From: Ranitomeya imitator
Lineage: Eukaryota
NCBI RefSeq assembly: GCF_032444005.1
Contig: NC_091286.1
Location: forward strand, 50,096,001 to 50,160,000
Reading direction: 5' to 3'
Length of the DNA: 64,000 nt
Shown: in pieces, positions 47,876 to 58,984 of the stretch
Layout: each line of letters starts with the position of its first letter
How positions within the stretch are numbered: the stretch's first letter is position 1
Notes under the pieces: model-generated
What the model was told of the DNA's origin: nothing
Databases searched by the model: none
Seen by the model: only the letters and a program-made list of their open reading frames with translations
Position numbers and translations under genes: made by a program

Positions 47876-48720
47876 TGTCACGGATCCTCACTCTGTGGTG
47901 TCACTAATTCGTCACATATCTGCTCTCAGCACGTGACTGGGTTGTGCCTGCAAGGGTTAATCTATCTCCCCACTCTCAGTCCAGCATTCAACCTCTGTCC
48001 TATGCTATAATGGGAGCATAAATCACACACCGACCCAGGCCACACACCCGCTCATACACGCTGCCACCACTCATCGAACACACGGGTGATGAGTCCCGGA
48101 AATATTAATAATAATATTGTCTACCACTTATAAGGCTCACAAACCTAAGGCTATGGATTCGTTAGAACATTCAAGGTTCAACTTGTTAAAGTTTATACTT
48201 TAATACAAAAAGGTTCAGTGCTTACAGTAAGAAAAAAGGTATAAAAATATGATAATAAAAAGACATACAACTTATGAAAAACAGTATAACATAAACAGGA
48301 GAAAACGTACAGAAATCATCTAACTTGGTAGTCTGCTTTCTGCTCCCTGATGGGGGTGAATATGAAGTTGGTGGAACACATCAGCTTCTCAGGCTGCCCT
48401 CATATGTGAACACGATTCTAAGTATACAGGTCTAATTTATAGCTTTGGTCTGGAGGTCAGATTTCTAGACCAGCCCCTCAGGTTAATATCATAATTGCCT
48501 GTTTATGATTGGACCACGGCGGCGCTACCAATGAATATATTATTTTCTCTTGAGATCCTTTGTGTAAATGTTCTCACAGAAATACTATCAGGCCGTAATT
48601 GACATCTCTCTTCCAAGAGCTAGGAGGTGTCAAGTGTTATCCTTTTTTCTTGGTCCTAGTTAGACCCCCTGGTGAGATTTGGAGACAGAAGTCTGCTTGT
48701 CTCAGGAAAATACATATTAA
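47876..48720 (-). mobile_element. Gypsy LTR (left copy)
   Basis: TGTCACGG...CATATTAA; homologous to 55351-56119 (roughly 25 substitutions over about 600 bp by eye, plus a roughly 78-bp indel). Interrupted at its terminal TTAA by a MITE. Confidence 0.9.
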
Positions 48721-49381
48721 AGGTACCTTCACACATAACGATATCGTTAACGATATCGTTGCTTTTTGTGACGTAGCAACGATATGGTTAAGGAAATCGT
48801 TATGTGTGACAGCGACCAACGATCAGGCCCCTGCTGGGAGATCGTTGGTCGCTGAACAAAGTCCAGAACTTTATTTCGTCGCTGGATCTCCCGTGGACAT
48901 CGCTGGATCGGCGTGTGTGACACCGATCCAGCGATGTCTTCACTGGTAACCAGGGCAAATATTGGGTAACTAAGCGCAGGGCCGCGCTTAGTAACCCGAT
49001 GTTTACCCTGGTTACCAGCGTAAAAGTAAAAAAAAACAAACAGTACATACTTACCTACCGCTGTCTGTCCCCGCACTAAGCATCTCTGGGAACTCCTTCA
49101 AGATTGTTGGAAGACCATTTCCAGTGACTACCTCTTGAAGCTCATCAAGAGAATGCCAAGAGTGTGCAAAGCAGTCATCAAAGCAAAAGGTGGCTACCTC
49201 GAAGAACCTAGAATATAATACATAATTTCAGTTGTTTCACACTTTTTTGTTAAGTATATAATTCCACATGTGTTAATTCATAGTTTTGATGCCTTCAGTG
49301 TGAATGTACAATTTTCATAGTCATGAAAATACAGAAAAATCTTTAAATGAGAAGGTGTGTCCAAACTTTTGGTTTGTACTG
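48721..49381. mobile_element. Truncated MITE (48721-49075) fused to a Tc1 3' fragment (49076-49381)
   Basis: AAGGTACCTTCACAC MITE start at TTAA; Tc1 C-terminus (LIKRMPRVCKAVIKAKGGY) and TIR ...CCAAACTTTTGGTTTGTACTG|TA. Confidence 0.8.
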
Positions 49382-49440
49382 TATATACATACACATATTT
49401 CACCACACCTCCCTCCTTATGAACGTGCATGGGGGTTGAC

Positions 49441-52400
49441 TTACAGGTAAGCTCCCGAGCACGTATCTGGTTCTGCCCCACCTTGGTGAGATAGGCCATC
49501 AGCATTGCCATGATCGACTCCCTTCTTATGCTGAATTGTGAAAATGTATTGCTGTAATATCAGACTCCATGTAAGCAATTTCCCGTTGTCCCCAACTACT
49601 CTGTTGAGCCAACTCAATGGGTTATGATCTGTTATCATGGTGAAGTTGGGCCCATAGAGGTATGGTTGCAGCTTCTGCAGAGCCCACACAATTGCCAAAC
49701 ATTTCTTTTCAATGGGGGCATAATCCACTTCTCTTGGCAGGAGTCTCCTGCTTAGGTAAAGAATTAAGTGCTCCTCTCCTTGTTGGTTCACCTGGCTGAG
49801 AACCGCACCTAGCCCATAAGTGCTGGCATCTGGCTGCACTACAAACCGGCAATTGAAATCTGGGGCCTGCAGGACGGGTGAATTAACCAATGCCGACTTT
49901 AGGGCAGAAAATGAGGACTCCAGGAGACAATTTGGGGAAGTTTCCTCCTGGTAAGATCAGTTAACGGTTTGGCCAGAGCATTGTAGTTTGGTACAAACCT
50001 CCTATAGTAGCCAGCCGTACCCAAGAAGGACAGTACCTGCTTCTTGGTTCGTGGGGTGGCCCAGGCTGTAATGGCTTCTACCTTTCCTGGCTCAGGTTTT
50101 AGAAGTCCTCCCCCCACCCGGTGTCCTAGGTATTGTACTTCCCGCATGGCTACCTGACACTTCCCTGGCTCATCAGTAAGACCTGCAGTTTTAAGCCTTT
50201 GCAACACCTGAGAAAGATGTACGAGGTGTTCCTCCCAAGAATCACTAAAAATGGCTATATCATCAAGATAAGCGATGGCAAAACCATCACATCCTTCCAA
50301 TAAGTGATTGACCAACCTCTGGAAGGTGGAAGCGACATTCTTCATACCAAATGGCATCACCAGAAACTTAAACAGCCAGAATGGCGTTATAAAAGCAGAC
50401 CTCTCCTGAGCTTCTCTGGTCAAGGGTATCTGCCAGTATCCCCTACTTAGGTCCGTGATGGTAAGGTATGATGCTTTAGCTAACTGCTCTAACAGCTCAT
50501 CTATCCTCGGCATGGGGTAGACCTCACATGTAGTCAATACATTTAATATCCTGCAGTCTACACAGAACCGGGTAGTACGGTCCTTTTTTGGGACAAGAGC
50601 CACAGGCGAGGCCCAGGCACTCTGGGATTTTTGTATCACCTTCAGGTTCAGCATCTCATCTACCTGTTCTCTCTTGTGTGTCAGTGCAGCACCCCAAAGA
50701 CCTGGTCGTTGCAGTAATGTCGCTCTGCCGCTAAGGAGGGTGATGTTATGTCTGATTGCACTAAAGGAGCTCATCTGACCAGGTATCACAGCACACATTA
50801 CACTTCACACTCCGGCCACTAGGGGGAGCAAAAGGCACTATTTATTAGGTCACTCCTCACACTGGTAAAACTAGCAGTTGGACAAGAAGTTAGACAGAAC
50901 ACAGCCTGGGAGAGCTCCAGGGAGGACCTGTCAGAACTGGGAATCTGGCAGGTACCTAGCCGAAAGGACAGATTGTTATGGAACCGCGCCTGCACTACCT
51001 TGCGGCGGTATCTAAAGAAAGGACACGAAGCGAAGGATATTGTGGACAGTGAGAAAAGAGATCAAGTACAAAGGAGAGCCAGTAGGCGTCGTGCCCCGAG
51101 ATCGGCAACATCCTACTGAGGCGCGTAGCCGGTAGCCGGTAGCCGGAGCACCGAGGAAGTAACAGTCTCCACGCATTACTTCAAACAGCGGCAGGACAGT
51201 CAATTACAGGTTGGCTGTCTACCTTACATCACCTAAGAAGGACATAGGAGGCAATCGTGGGAGAGGGGCGTCTCTAGGGTCCCAGAATAACTCCAGGCCT
51301 ACCTGTCATAAAGGTGCGTCCTAGCCATAACAAACCTGGGGGATGGACAGAGAAAGATCTAGAAAGAACGAGAACAGAAGTTGTGAGGACTATCCCGAAT
51401 GCCCAGCAGGGAAGAACTACAACACACAGGCACTAGTGGTAGGCACTGATTTCCACCTGCAAAGAGAACTCTGGATGTGCCTTCGGACCGGCCGGTCTCA
51501 GACAGCCCTGTTGACAGTGCTCTGGATTGAAGATCCTGAAACCTTCAGTAAAAGGTAAAGAGACTGCAACCCTGTGTCCTCGTTATTCCTCGCACCTTGC
51601 ACCACGCACCATCACCTTTCATTGGACGCCCCTTAGCAGGGTCACGGACCGGGTCCAGCCACCGTGACAACCCCAGAACTGAGCCAGAGACGACCGGTAC
51701 TGAGTTACCCGCGGTTCTGCGTCTGGGGGCACTCCAACTTCACCTCTGCTGACACACGGTATGCAGACTGCCATACTGGGGGATTATCACCAGTGTCCAC
51801 ATGGTGAGCCTCTAAGTGTGTCTTCCCAGGCTCCCCTGTGAAGACTTCGGTGAACTCGCTGAGCGCCCCCATCAGCTCAGACTCCTGACTGTGGGATAGC
51901 TCTGGGTTAAACTCTGCTGACTCCAGGGACTCCATGTACTGAGTCCCAGCCTCCACATCTAGTAACAGATCGGCCTGCCCCTCTTCAGGCAGTCTACAGA
52001 CAGGTAAGACACAGGTCTCCCTGTCATGATGAACCTTCAGCATATTCACATTAAATACTTTATGACGCTTTGCATCCTCATCTAGTGTCACCACATAATT
52101 AACATCATTTAGCCGCTTATGTACAGTGTATGGTCCCTCCCATGCGGCCTGCAATTTATTCTGTAACATAGGGACCAACACCCAAACCTTCTGCCCCTCC
52201 TCATATGCCCACAGTCTGGTATTACGGTCGTACCAGACCTGGTTGATTTGGGCCTGGGTCACGTTCTCATGGGCCAGGTTGCTCAGTTTTTGCATTCTCT
52301 CTGAGCCGCAGTACATATTCAACCACTGAGACTCCAGTAGTTCTGGAGTCGTCATCCCAACAGTCCTTAATCAAATCAAGTGGCCCCCTGACCCTCCTCC

Positions 52401-53870
52401 CATAAACCAGTTCAAAGGGAGAGCATCCTGTCTCTCCCTTCAGTCTCCACCAGCATTTTGAGCATTTGCTTTATTGTTCCGTTAAAACGCTCGCAAAGTC
52501 CGTTGGTTTGGGGTTGATAGGCGCTGGCCCCAAAATGCTGTACTTTTTTTTTTTGCAGAGACTTTCCATCAGATCGGACATGAACTGGGTTCCCTGATCG
52601 GTTAACATTTCCCTGGGGAAACCCACATGAGAGAAAACAGTCAGTAAAGCATCTGCCACTTTGTCTGCTCGGATGGAGGACAGTGCAACAGCTTCCGGGT
52701 ATCGTGTAGCATAGTCCACCACTGTGAGGATGTACTTTTTGCCAGAGCTGCTAGGGATTGCAAGTGGCCCTATGATATCCAAAGCCACTCACTAGAAAGG
52801 CTCATCGATCACAGGCAGTGGTATCAATGGAGCATTCTGTATATTCCCGGACTTTCCAACTCTCTGACAAACTACACATGATCGACAATAATTGGCAATA
52901 TCTGTCCCCATCTTGAGCCAATAGAAGTTATGTGTCAGGCAAGCTTTAGTCTTTTGTATTCCAAGGTGTTTGGCCAGAGGAATTTCATGGGCAATTCTCA
53001 GTAATTGTTCCCTAAATGGATAAGGGACAATAAGCCGCCTTTCATAGTCCCAAAATTCTGTAGAATCCATGGGGATAGTCTCTTTATACAGTCTGCCCTG
53101 GTCCCAGTATACTCTCTCTTTGGCAGAAGCAGCAGGGGGTTGTTCTGCAAGATATCTGAACTCTTCCAGACTGACATCTGTCCGCAGGGCCTCCTGGAAG
53201 CTCTGACAGTCAGCCTGTAGGCCCTGGCCTAGTGTTACTGCTAGGCCCTGGTCTGAAGCTGAGTCTTCAGTGTCTGTTATCAGGGACCTTGTTGGGACTG
53301 CCATGTAATTAGGCTCCGGGGCCACAGTATGGGCCTCCTGTTCTGGCAGTCCTGTCTGAGACTCCCCCTCTAATCTCTGGGCCTGAGTCTGAGCCGCAGC
53401 CTGGCTCCGGGTCACAGCTTCCACATATTTACAGTCCTGTGCATTGGGACATTTTCCCTCCTCGCACGGGATCTCAAGTGGGTCACTTGCTTCCACCTTC
53501 TCTGTAGCATTTACTTGCAAGGGAGGAACATAGTGGGACACCATCCTCCCCACGTCCGTGCCTAGCAACACATTGGAGGAATAGCCTCTGATACTCCCAC
53601 TTCTCTCAGTCCTTTCCCTGCTCCCCAGTCGAGGTACACACGGGCCATGGGCACGGCAGGGCTGACCCCTCCAATCCCGGTTATAGACATAGTCTTTCTT
53701 TGTATGATATCGGCAGGGGTTATCATGGCTGGATGCACCAGAGTCACCTCTGCCCCAGTGTCCCTGAGACCAATGGTGACTTTATTGCCAACAGTGACAG
53801 ATTGACAGTTCTCATTAGCCCTTGCATCAGAGCTGGCCACAAAGAGGACAGACGGTGGGGACACAGACGG
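49441..53870 (-). pseudogene. Gmr1-type Gypsy pol with domain order protease-integrase-RT-RNase H, disrupted
   Basis: LRDTGAEVT (PR, about 53760); H..LAKHLG...CRSCVVC (IN zinc finger); LDIIGPL..VDYATRYPEA..TDQGTQF (IN core); AYLDDIAIFS (RT); QPDASTYGLGAVL..TDHNPL (RNase H). Confidence 0.93.
50685..51736. mobile_element. Solo-LTR-like insertion of an unrelated family, between IN and RT
   Basis: TGCAGCACCCC...GGGGCACTCCA imperfect TG..CA termini; the pol frame stops at YRVSAEVK and resumes at THKREQVDEML. Confidence 0.7.
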
Positions 53871-53879
53871 CTATGTGGT

Positions 53880-55152
53880 TGTAGTTGGGCATTTCTCCCT
53901 ATCAGGGCAGACAGTGCTAACATGTCCCACTTTGTTGCAGGAGAAGCACCGGCGTGCATCACCTAGAGAATGTTTATTCCCTGAGACCCCATAGAAGGTG
54001 GGCTTGGACAGCACTGGTGATCAGCCGGCAGAGGGAGAAGGGTCCCCGTTTGGCTTACCTCCCCTCCAGCTGAATCCCGATGGCTTCCGCACCTCAGGCA
54101 TCCTGTCAGTCACATAGCAGTCCGCAATCTTTGCAGCCTGATCTGCAATTTGTGGCCCCGATCACACACAAATTGTCGTACATCCATGGGGCACATGTGA
54201 AGAAATTGATCCTTGACCATAAGATCCATTAAGTCCTCAAAGCTGTTAACAGAAAGTCCCCTGATCCATTGGTGGAGCGTGGTCCTCAAGGTGCTCACAA
54301 CATCCGCATAGCTGTCAGTTGATCCACGTTGTAGGTTCCGGAACTTTCTCCGATACACTTCTGGTGTTAGGTTGTATTTCCTGATCAGGGCCTCTTTTAT
54401 GGCCTCATAGCTCCCATCTAGCTCTGGTGGGAGGCCAACAAAAACTTCCAGGGCTTTGCCTCTCAACCCTGGGGTTAGATACTGCGCCCACTGCTCACGG
54501 GGTAGATGGTATTGCCTGCAGGATTTTTCAAACCCCCAAAAGGAAAGTATCTAAGTCCGTAACCTTCTCCATCACAGGGAAGTTTTCCAGACGTGTTCTC
54601 CTCGGATTTATGTCCTGGGAGGGGGTTAGCTGATGACTGATGCCCCTCTCTATTTGAGCCATCTGAAGCTGGAAAGCTCTTTCCTCCCGGCGTTCTGCAG
54701 CCTCTCTCTCAGCCTGGCGTTCTGCAGCCTGTTGGTACTGTAGAATAATCTGCATGCGCAGATTGGGATCACTTGTTCCCAGCTGTTGTAAGTCCATTTG
54801 TAAAGTAAAGTCCATAGGCTCCTCAGCACTGGCATTTCCATCAGGTATCTCCGGTGCAAGAGCTGGCATTACTGGGTCTCTCTGAGGTGAACTCTCTCCT
54901 TGCCCACATCTGGGCAAGGAGAGAGTTCACCTCAGAGAGACCCAGCAATGCCAGCTCTTGCACCGGAGATACCTGATGGAAATGCCAGTGCTGAGGAGCC
55001 TATGGACTTTACTCTCCAGCACTTTGCTCTATGTCCTGCTCGACCAAGGCGCATATCAGCAGCTCCCTGGATCTGTCGGCCGTCTCTATTCCTCTCTGCT
55101 CACAGAGGTCGGTCAGAGCCTCTTTGCTCTGCTTCTTGTACTGGGCTGCCAT
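53880..55152 (-). pseudogene. Gmr1-type gag with SCAN-like capsid domain and CCHC knuckle
   Basis: ATG at 55152 (MAAQYKKQSK); FEKSCRQYHLPREQWAQYL..GKALEVF..YEAIKEALIRKYNLTPEVYRRKFR; RCFSCNKVGHVSTVCP. Stop introduced by the fold-back at about 55010. Confidence 0.88.
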
Positions 55153-55329
55153 ATCGATGAACAGCCTTTGCCAAATAAAAGATCGAAAAGAAAAACGGGG
55201 AAGGGAAACTGTCTGCAAGTATGTCTACGTAAGCACTGTGTTGAACCTTGTAGAACTGGTGCACTCCTCGCAAGGATACCAAAATAATTGCTTAAACCAT
55301 GCACTAATGCTCTAAAAGAAATAATTCTT

Positions 55330-55348
55330 TCCCACCGCTCTGCCACCA
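55330..55348 (-). promoter_or_regulatory. Primer-binding site, tRNA-Leu type, with 2-nt insertion
   Basis: TGGTGGCAG[AG]CGGTGGGA, 2 nt from the LTR end. The vertebrate tRNA-Leu 3' end ...TCCCACCGCTGCCACCA predicts TGGTGGCAGCGGTGGGA. Confidence 0.75.
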
Positions 55349-55350
55349 GT

Positions 55351-56119
55351 TGTCATGGATCCCCACTCCATGGTGTCACTTATTCGTCACGTATCCGCTC
55401 TCAGCACGTGACCTGGGGTTGTGCCTGCAAGGGTTAATCTATCTCCCCACTTTCAGTCCAGCATTCAACCTCTGTCCTATGCTATAATGGGAGCATAAAT
55501 CACACACCGACCCAGGCCACACACCCGCTCTTACACGCTGCCACCACTCATCGAACACATGGGCGATGAGTCCCGGAAATATTAATAATAATATTGTCTA
55601 CCACTTCTAAGGCTCACACACCTAAGGCTATGGATTCGTTAGAACATTCAAGGTTCAGCTTGTTAAAGTTTATGCTTTAATACAAAAAGGTTCAGTGTTT
55701 ACAGTAAGAAAAAGGTATAAAAATATGATAATAAAAAGACATACAACTTATGCAAAACAGTATAACATAAACAGGAGAAAACTTACAGAAATCATCTAAC
55801 TTGGTAGTCTGCTTTCTGCTCCCTGAGGGGGGTGAATATGGAGTTGGTGGAACACATCAGCTTCTCAGGCTGCCCTTACATGTGAACACGATTCTAGGTA
55901 TACAGGTCTACTTTATAGCTTCGGTCTGGAGGTCATATATTATTTTCTCTTGAGATGCTTTGTGTAAATGTTCTCAGTATACTATCAGGCCGTAATTGAC
56001 ATCTCTCTTCCAAGAGCTAGGAGGTGTCAAGTGTTACCCTTCCTTCTTGGTCCTAGCTAGACCCCCTGGTGAGATTTGGAGACAGAAGTCTGCTTGTCTC
56101 AGGAAAATACATATTAACA
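55351..56119 (-). mobile_element. Gypsy 5' LTR
   Basis: Minus strand TGTTAATATG...CCATGACA, followed by the PBS. Confidence 0.92.
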
Positions 56120-56947
56120 CCTAAGTGAGACATGCAGCCTTCAGGACAGATGTTACTAGTCACACAATACCTATACATGGGTCACCACACACACACACAC
56201 AGACACACACACACACACATATTTATATATATATATATATATACATATTTCCCTACAGAGGTCCTGTAACATGTTGTAGATATGAAAGAGTTAATCTCGA
56301 AGACAATATAACTACAGTTTATGTATAATATTCACACAAATAACTTCCACAGTATGGACGACCTCTATATGGTATTGTGTTGTTCCTTTGTGCCCTCCTG
56401 ATTAAATGAAAGTGGATTATAGCAAAAATAATATACACTCCTCAAAACTGAAATTGCAACACCAAGAAGATAAAGTCATGGAATTATGGAAATTACAGGA
56501 TGGATAGACATGTTAGTTATATGCAAATAAGAAAAAAATGTAAAGAAAATTTTCAAATCTTCTCTTTATTTATTGTTGAGTATGAGCAACATGTGCAGAA
56601 ATCCCCACACTTACTGCCTTGGCTACTATCAAAGACGTTATTAATGGTTGTCTGAGGAAAGTTTTATTGCTCTGAATGCCCTTGGGCAAATTATCAAGAT
56701 CCACTGCTGGCAGTTTCCTTTGCAATAACTGACCAAAGAACTCACATATGTGCTCGACGGGAGACAATTCTGGAGACACTGCAGGCCATGGTAGCATGAT
56801 TAGGCAATGTAGGCCACAATTGCAAAAAATATATATGTTCAAATCCCTCCCCATTTCCTAAAATATAGATAAAATCTAAAACAAAAAAATAATTTACGTA
56901 TTTAGCTTTGTTGGATTTGTAACTGTGTGAACCAATAATATATTATA

Positions 56948-58404
56948 CAGTGGCACATAAACGTTTTGGCACCCATGGTCAAAATTACTGTTATTGTGAA
57001 CAGTTAAGCAAGTTGAAGATGAAATGATCTCTAAAAGGCCTAAAGTTAAAGATGACACATTTCCTTTGTACTTTAGGCAAAAATAAAATATACATATATT
57101 GTCATTTTTTACATTTTAAAAATTACAAAAAGGAAAATGGAACGATGCAAAAATTTGGGCACCTTTGGAGATTTGTTTGCTAGGATAACTTTGACCAAGG
57201 TTTAATTTTAAGACCTTAATTAGCCTGTTAGAGTTATAGCTTGCTCACTATCACCATTTGGAAAGGCCAGGTGATGCAAATTTCCCAACTTTATAAAAAG
57301 CCAGCCTCCTCTTACCTTGTGCCAGAAAACAGCAGCCATGGCTGCCTAGCACTTTGAAAAAGAAAAGGTGGAGGCTCACAAAGTAGGAGAAGGCTATAAG
57401 AAGATAGCAAAGAGTTTTCAAGTTGCCCTTTCCTCAGTTCAAAATGTAATTAAGAAATAGCAGTTAACACGAACAGTGGAGGTCAAGATAACGTCTGGAA
57501 GATCTAGCAAAATATCAGTGAGAGCTGCTCGTAGGATTGCTAAAGAGGCAAATCAGAACCCCCGCTTGACTGCAAAAGACCTTTAGAAAGATTTAGCAGA
57601 AGAAAGTCTCTCCTGTGTGCTCACCATAAAATTAATGTCACAAGTATGCAAATGAACATCTAAATAACCCTTACGCATACTGCAAACAAGTCCTGTGGAC
57701 TGATGAGGTTAAAATTGAACCATTAAGCATTGGGGTAGATCAATCATGCATTGTGATTGTGTTGCAGCTAATGGCATGGGGAACATTTCACAGGTAGAGG
57801 AAAGTATGGATTCAATGAAATTTCAATAAATTATTGATGCAAACATAACAATATCTGTAAAAAAGCTGAAGTTGAAAAGAGGATGGCTTCTATAAATGGA
57901 TAATAATCCTAAACACGTCAAAATCCAAAATTGACAACCTCAAAAGACACAAGCTGAAGGTTTTACAATGGCCCTCACAGTCCACTGATCTGAACATCAT
58001 TGAAAATCTGCGGCTAGACCTCTAAATAGCAGAACATGCAATCCAAACCTGGAATGTAGGAGAGCTGGAAGAATTTTCCAAGGAAGAATAGATGAAAATC
58101 CCTAAAGCAAGAAATGAAAGACTCTGGTCTGTCCACAAAAAGTATTTACAAAATGTTATACTTACAAATGGGGGCACTACTAAGTACTAACCATGCAGGG
58201 TACCCAAACTTTTGCATATGCCTATATTCCTTTTTGCAATTTCTTAAATGTAAAAACAGCATATATATTTTTGTTGCCTAAAATACAAAGGAAATGTGTC
58301 ATCTTTAACTTTAGCCCTTTTCCAGATCATTTAATCTTCAACTTGCTTTAATGTTCACAATGACTAATTTTAATTAGGGGTGCCTAAACTTTTACATACC
58401 ACTA
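56948..58404 (+). mobile_element. Degenerate Tc1-like transposon
   Basis: TA|CAGTGGCACATAAACGTTTTGGCACCC ... GGGGTGCCTAAACTTTTACATACCACT; relics of VLWTDEVKIE and DNNPKH motifs. Confidence 0.8.
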
Positions 58405-58984
58405 TTTTATATGGTGAAAGCCAAAATTAAAAAAACATACAACAGAGTTGCCGATTTGTGATCACTTCGCCTCTAAAAAACCCTGAATAGCAAAAAGTAG
58501 TATGGACCCTACAATACTGATGATATAACCTACAGCTCATACTACAAAACAAGCCCTCATATAACTCTATCAACTTTAAAATATAAAAGGTATGGCTCTT
58601 GGAAGGTGAGGAGAAAAACTGAAAGTGAACATGGGAGTTCTGTCACCCAAAAGCCCACATAAATCTGGAGCTGGCCCTGTTTGGAGATACTTTACTCCAG
58701 AAGCAATGTTTGTGGGGCTATATACCTCTGTAGACATGGAACATGGAGTAAAGGAATGGAGGCACAAATGATTACAATTGGGGGTCTTGTACACCACTGC
58801 AGTAGCCAAATACGGCTCTTTACAAAACAGCAGCATGAGATACTCCAATTGAGCATGAGATAAAGCTGACTTCACCTAAGCAGTTTTTATGCTTTTTGTT
58901 TCAGTCCTACACAGTGTGGATATAAGCATGAAGAAATATCAGTCTTCCCTTAAGGTTACATCCACACCACATTTCTGCAGCAGC

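Noticed and set aside
47876-56119. Active intact LTR retrotransposon
   Set aside because: Multiple stops and frameshifts, nested insertions, and no target duplication.
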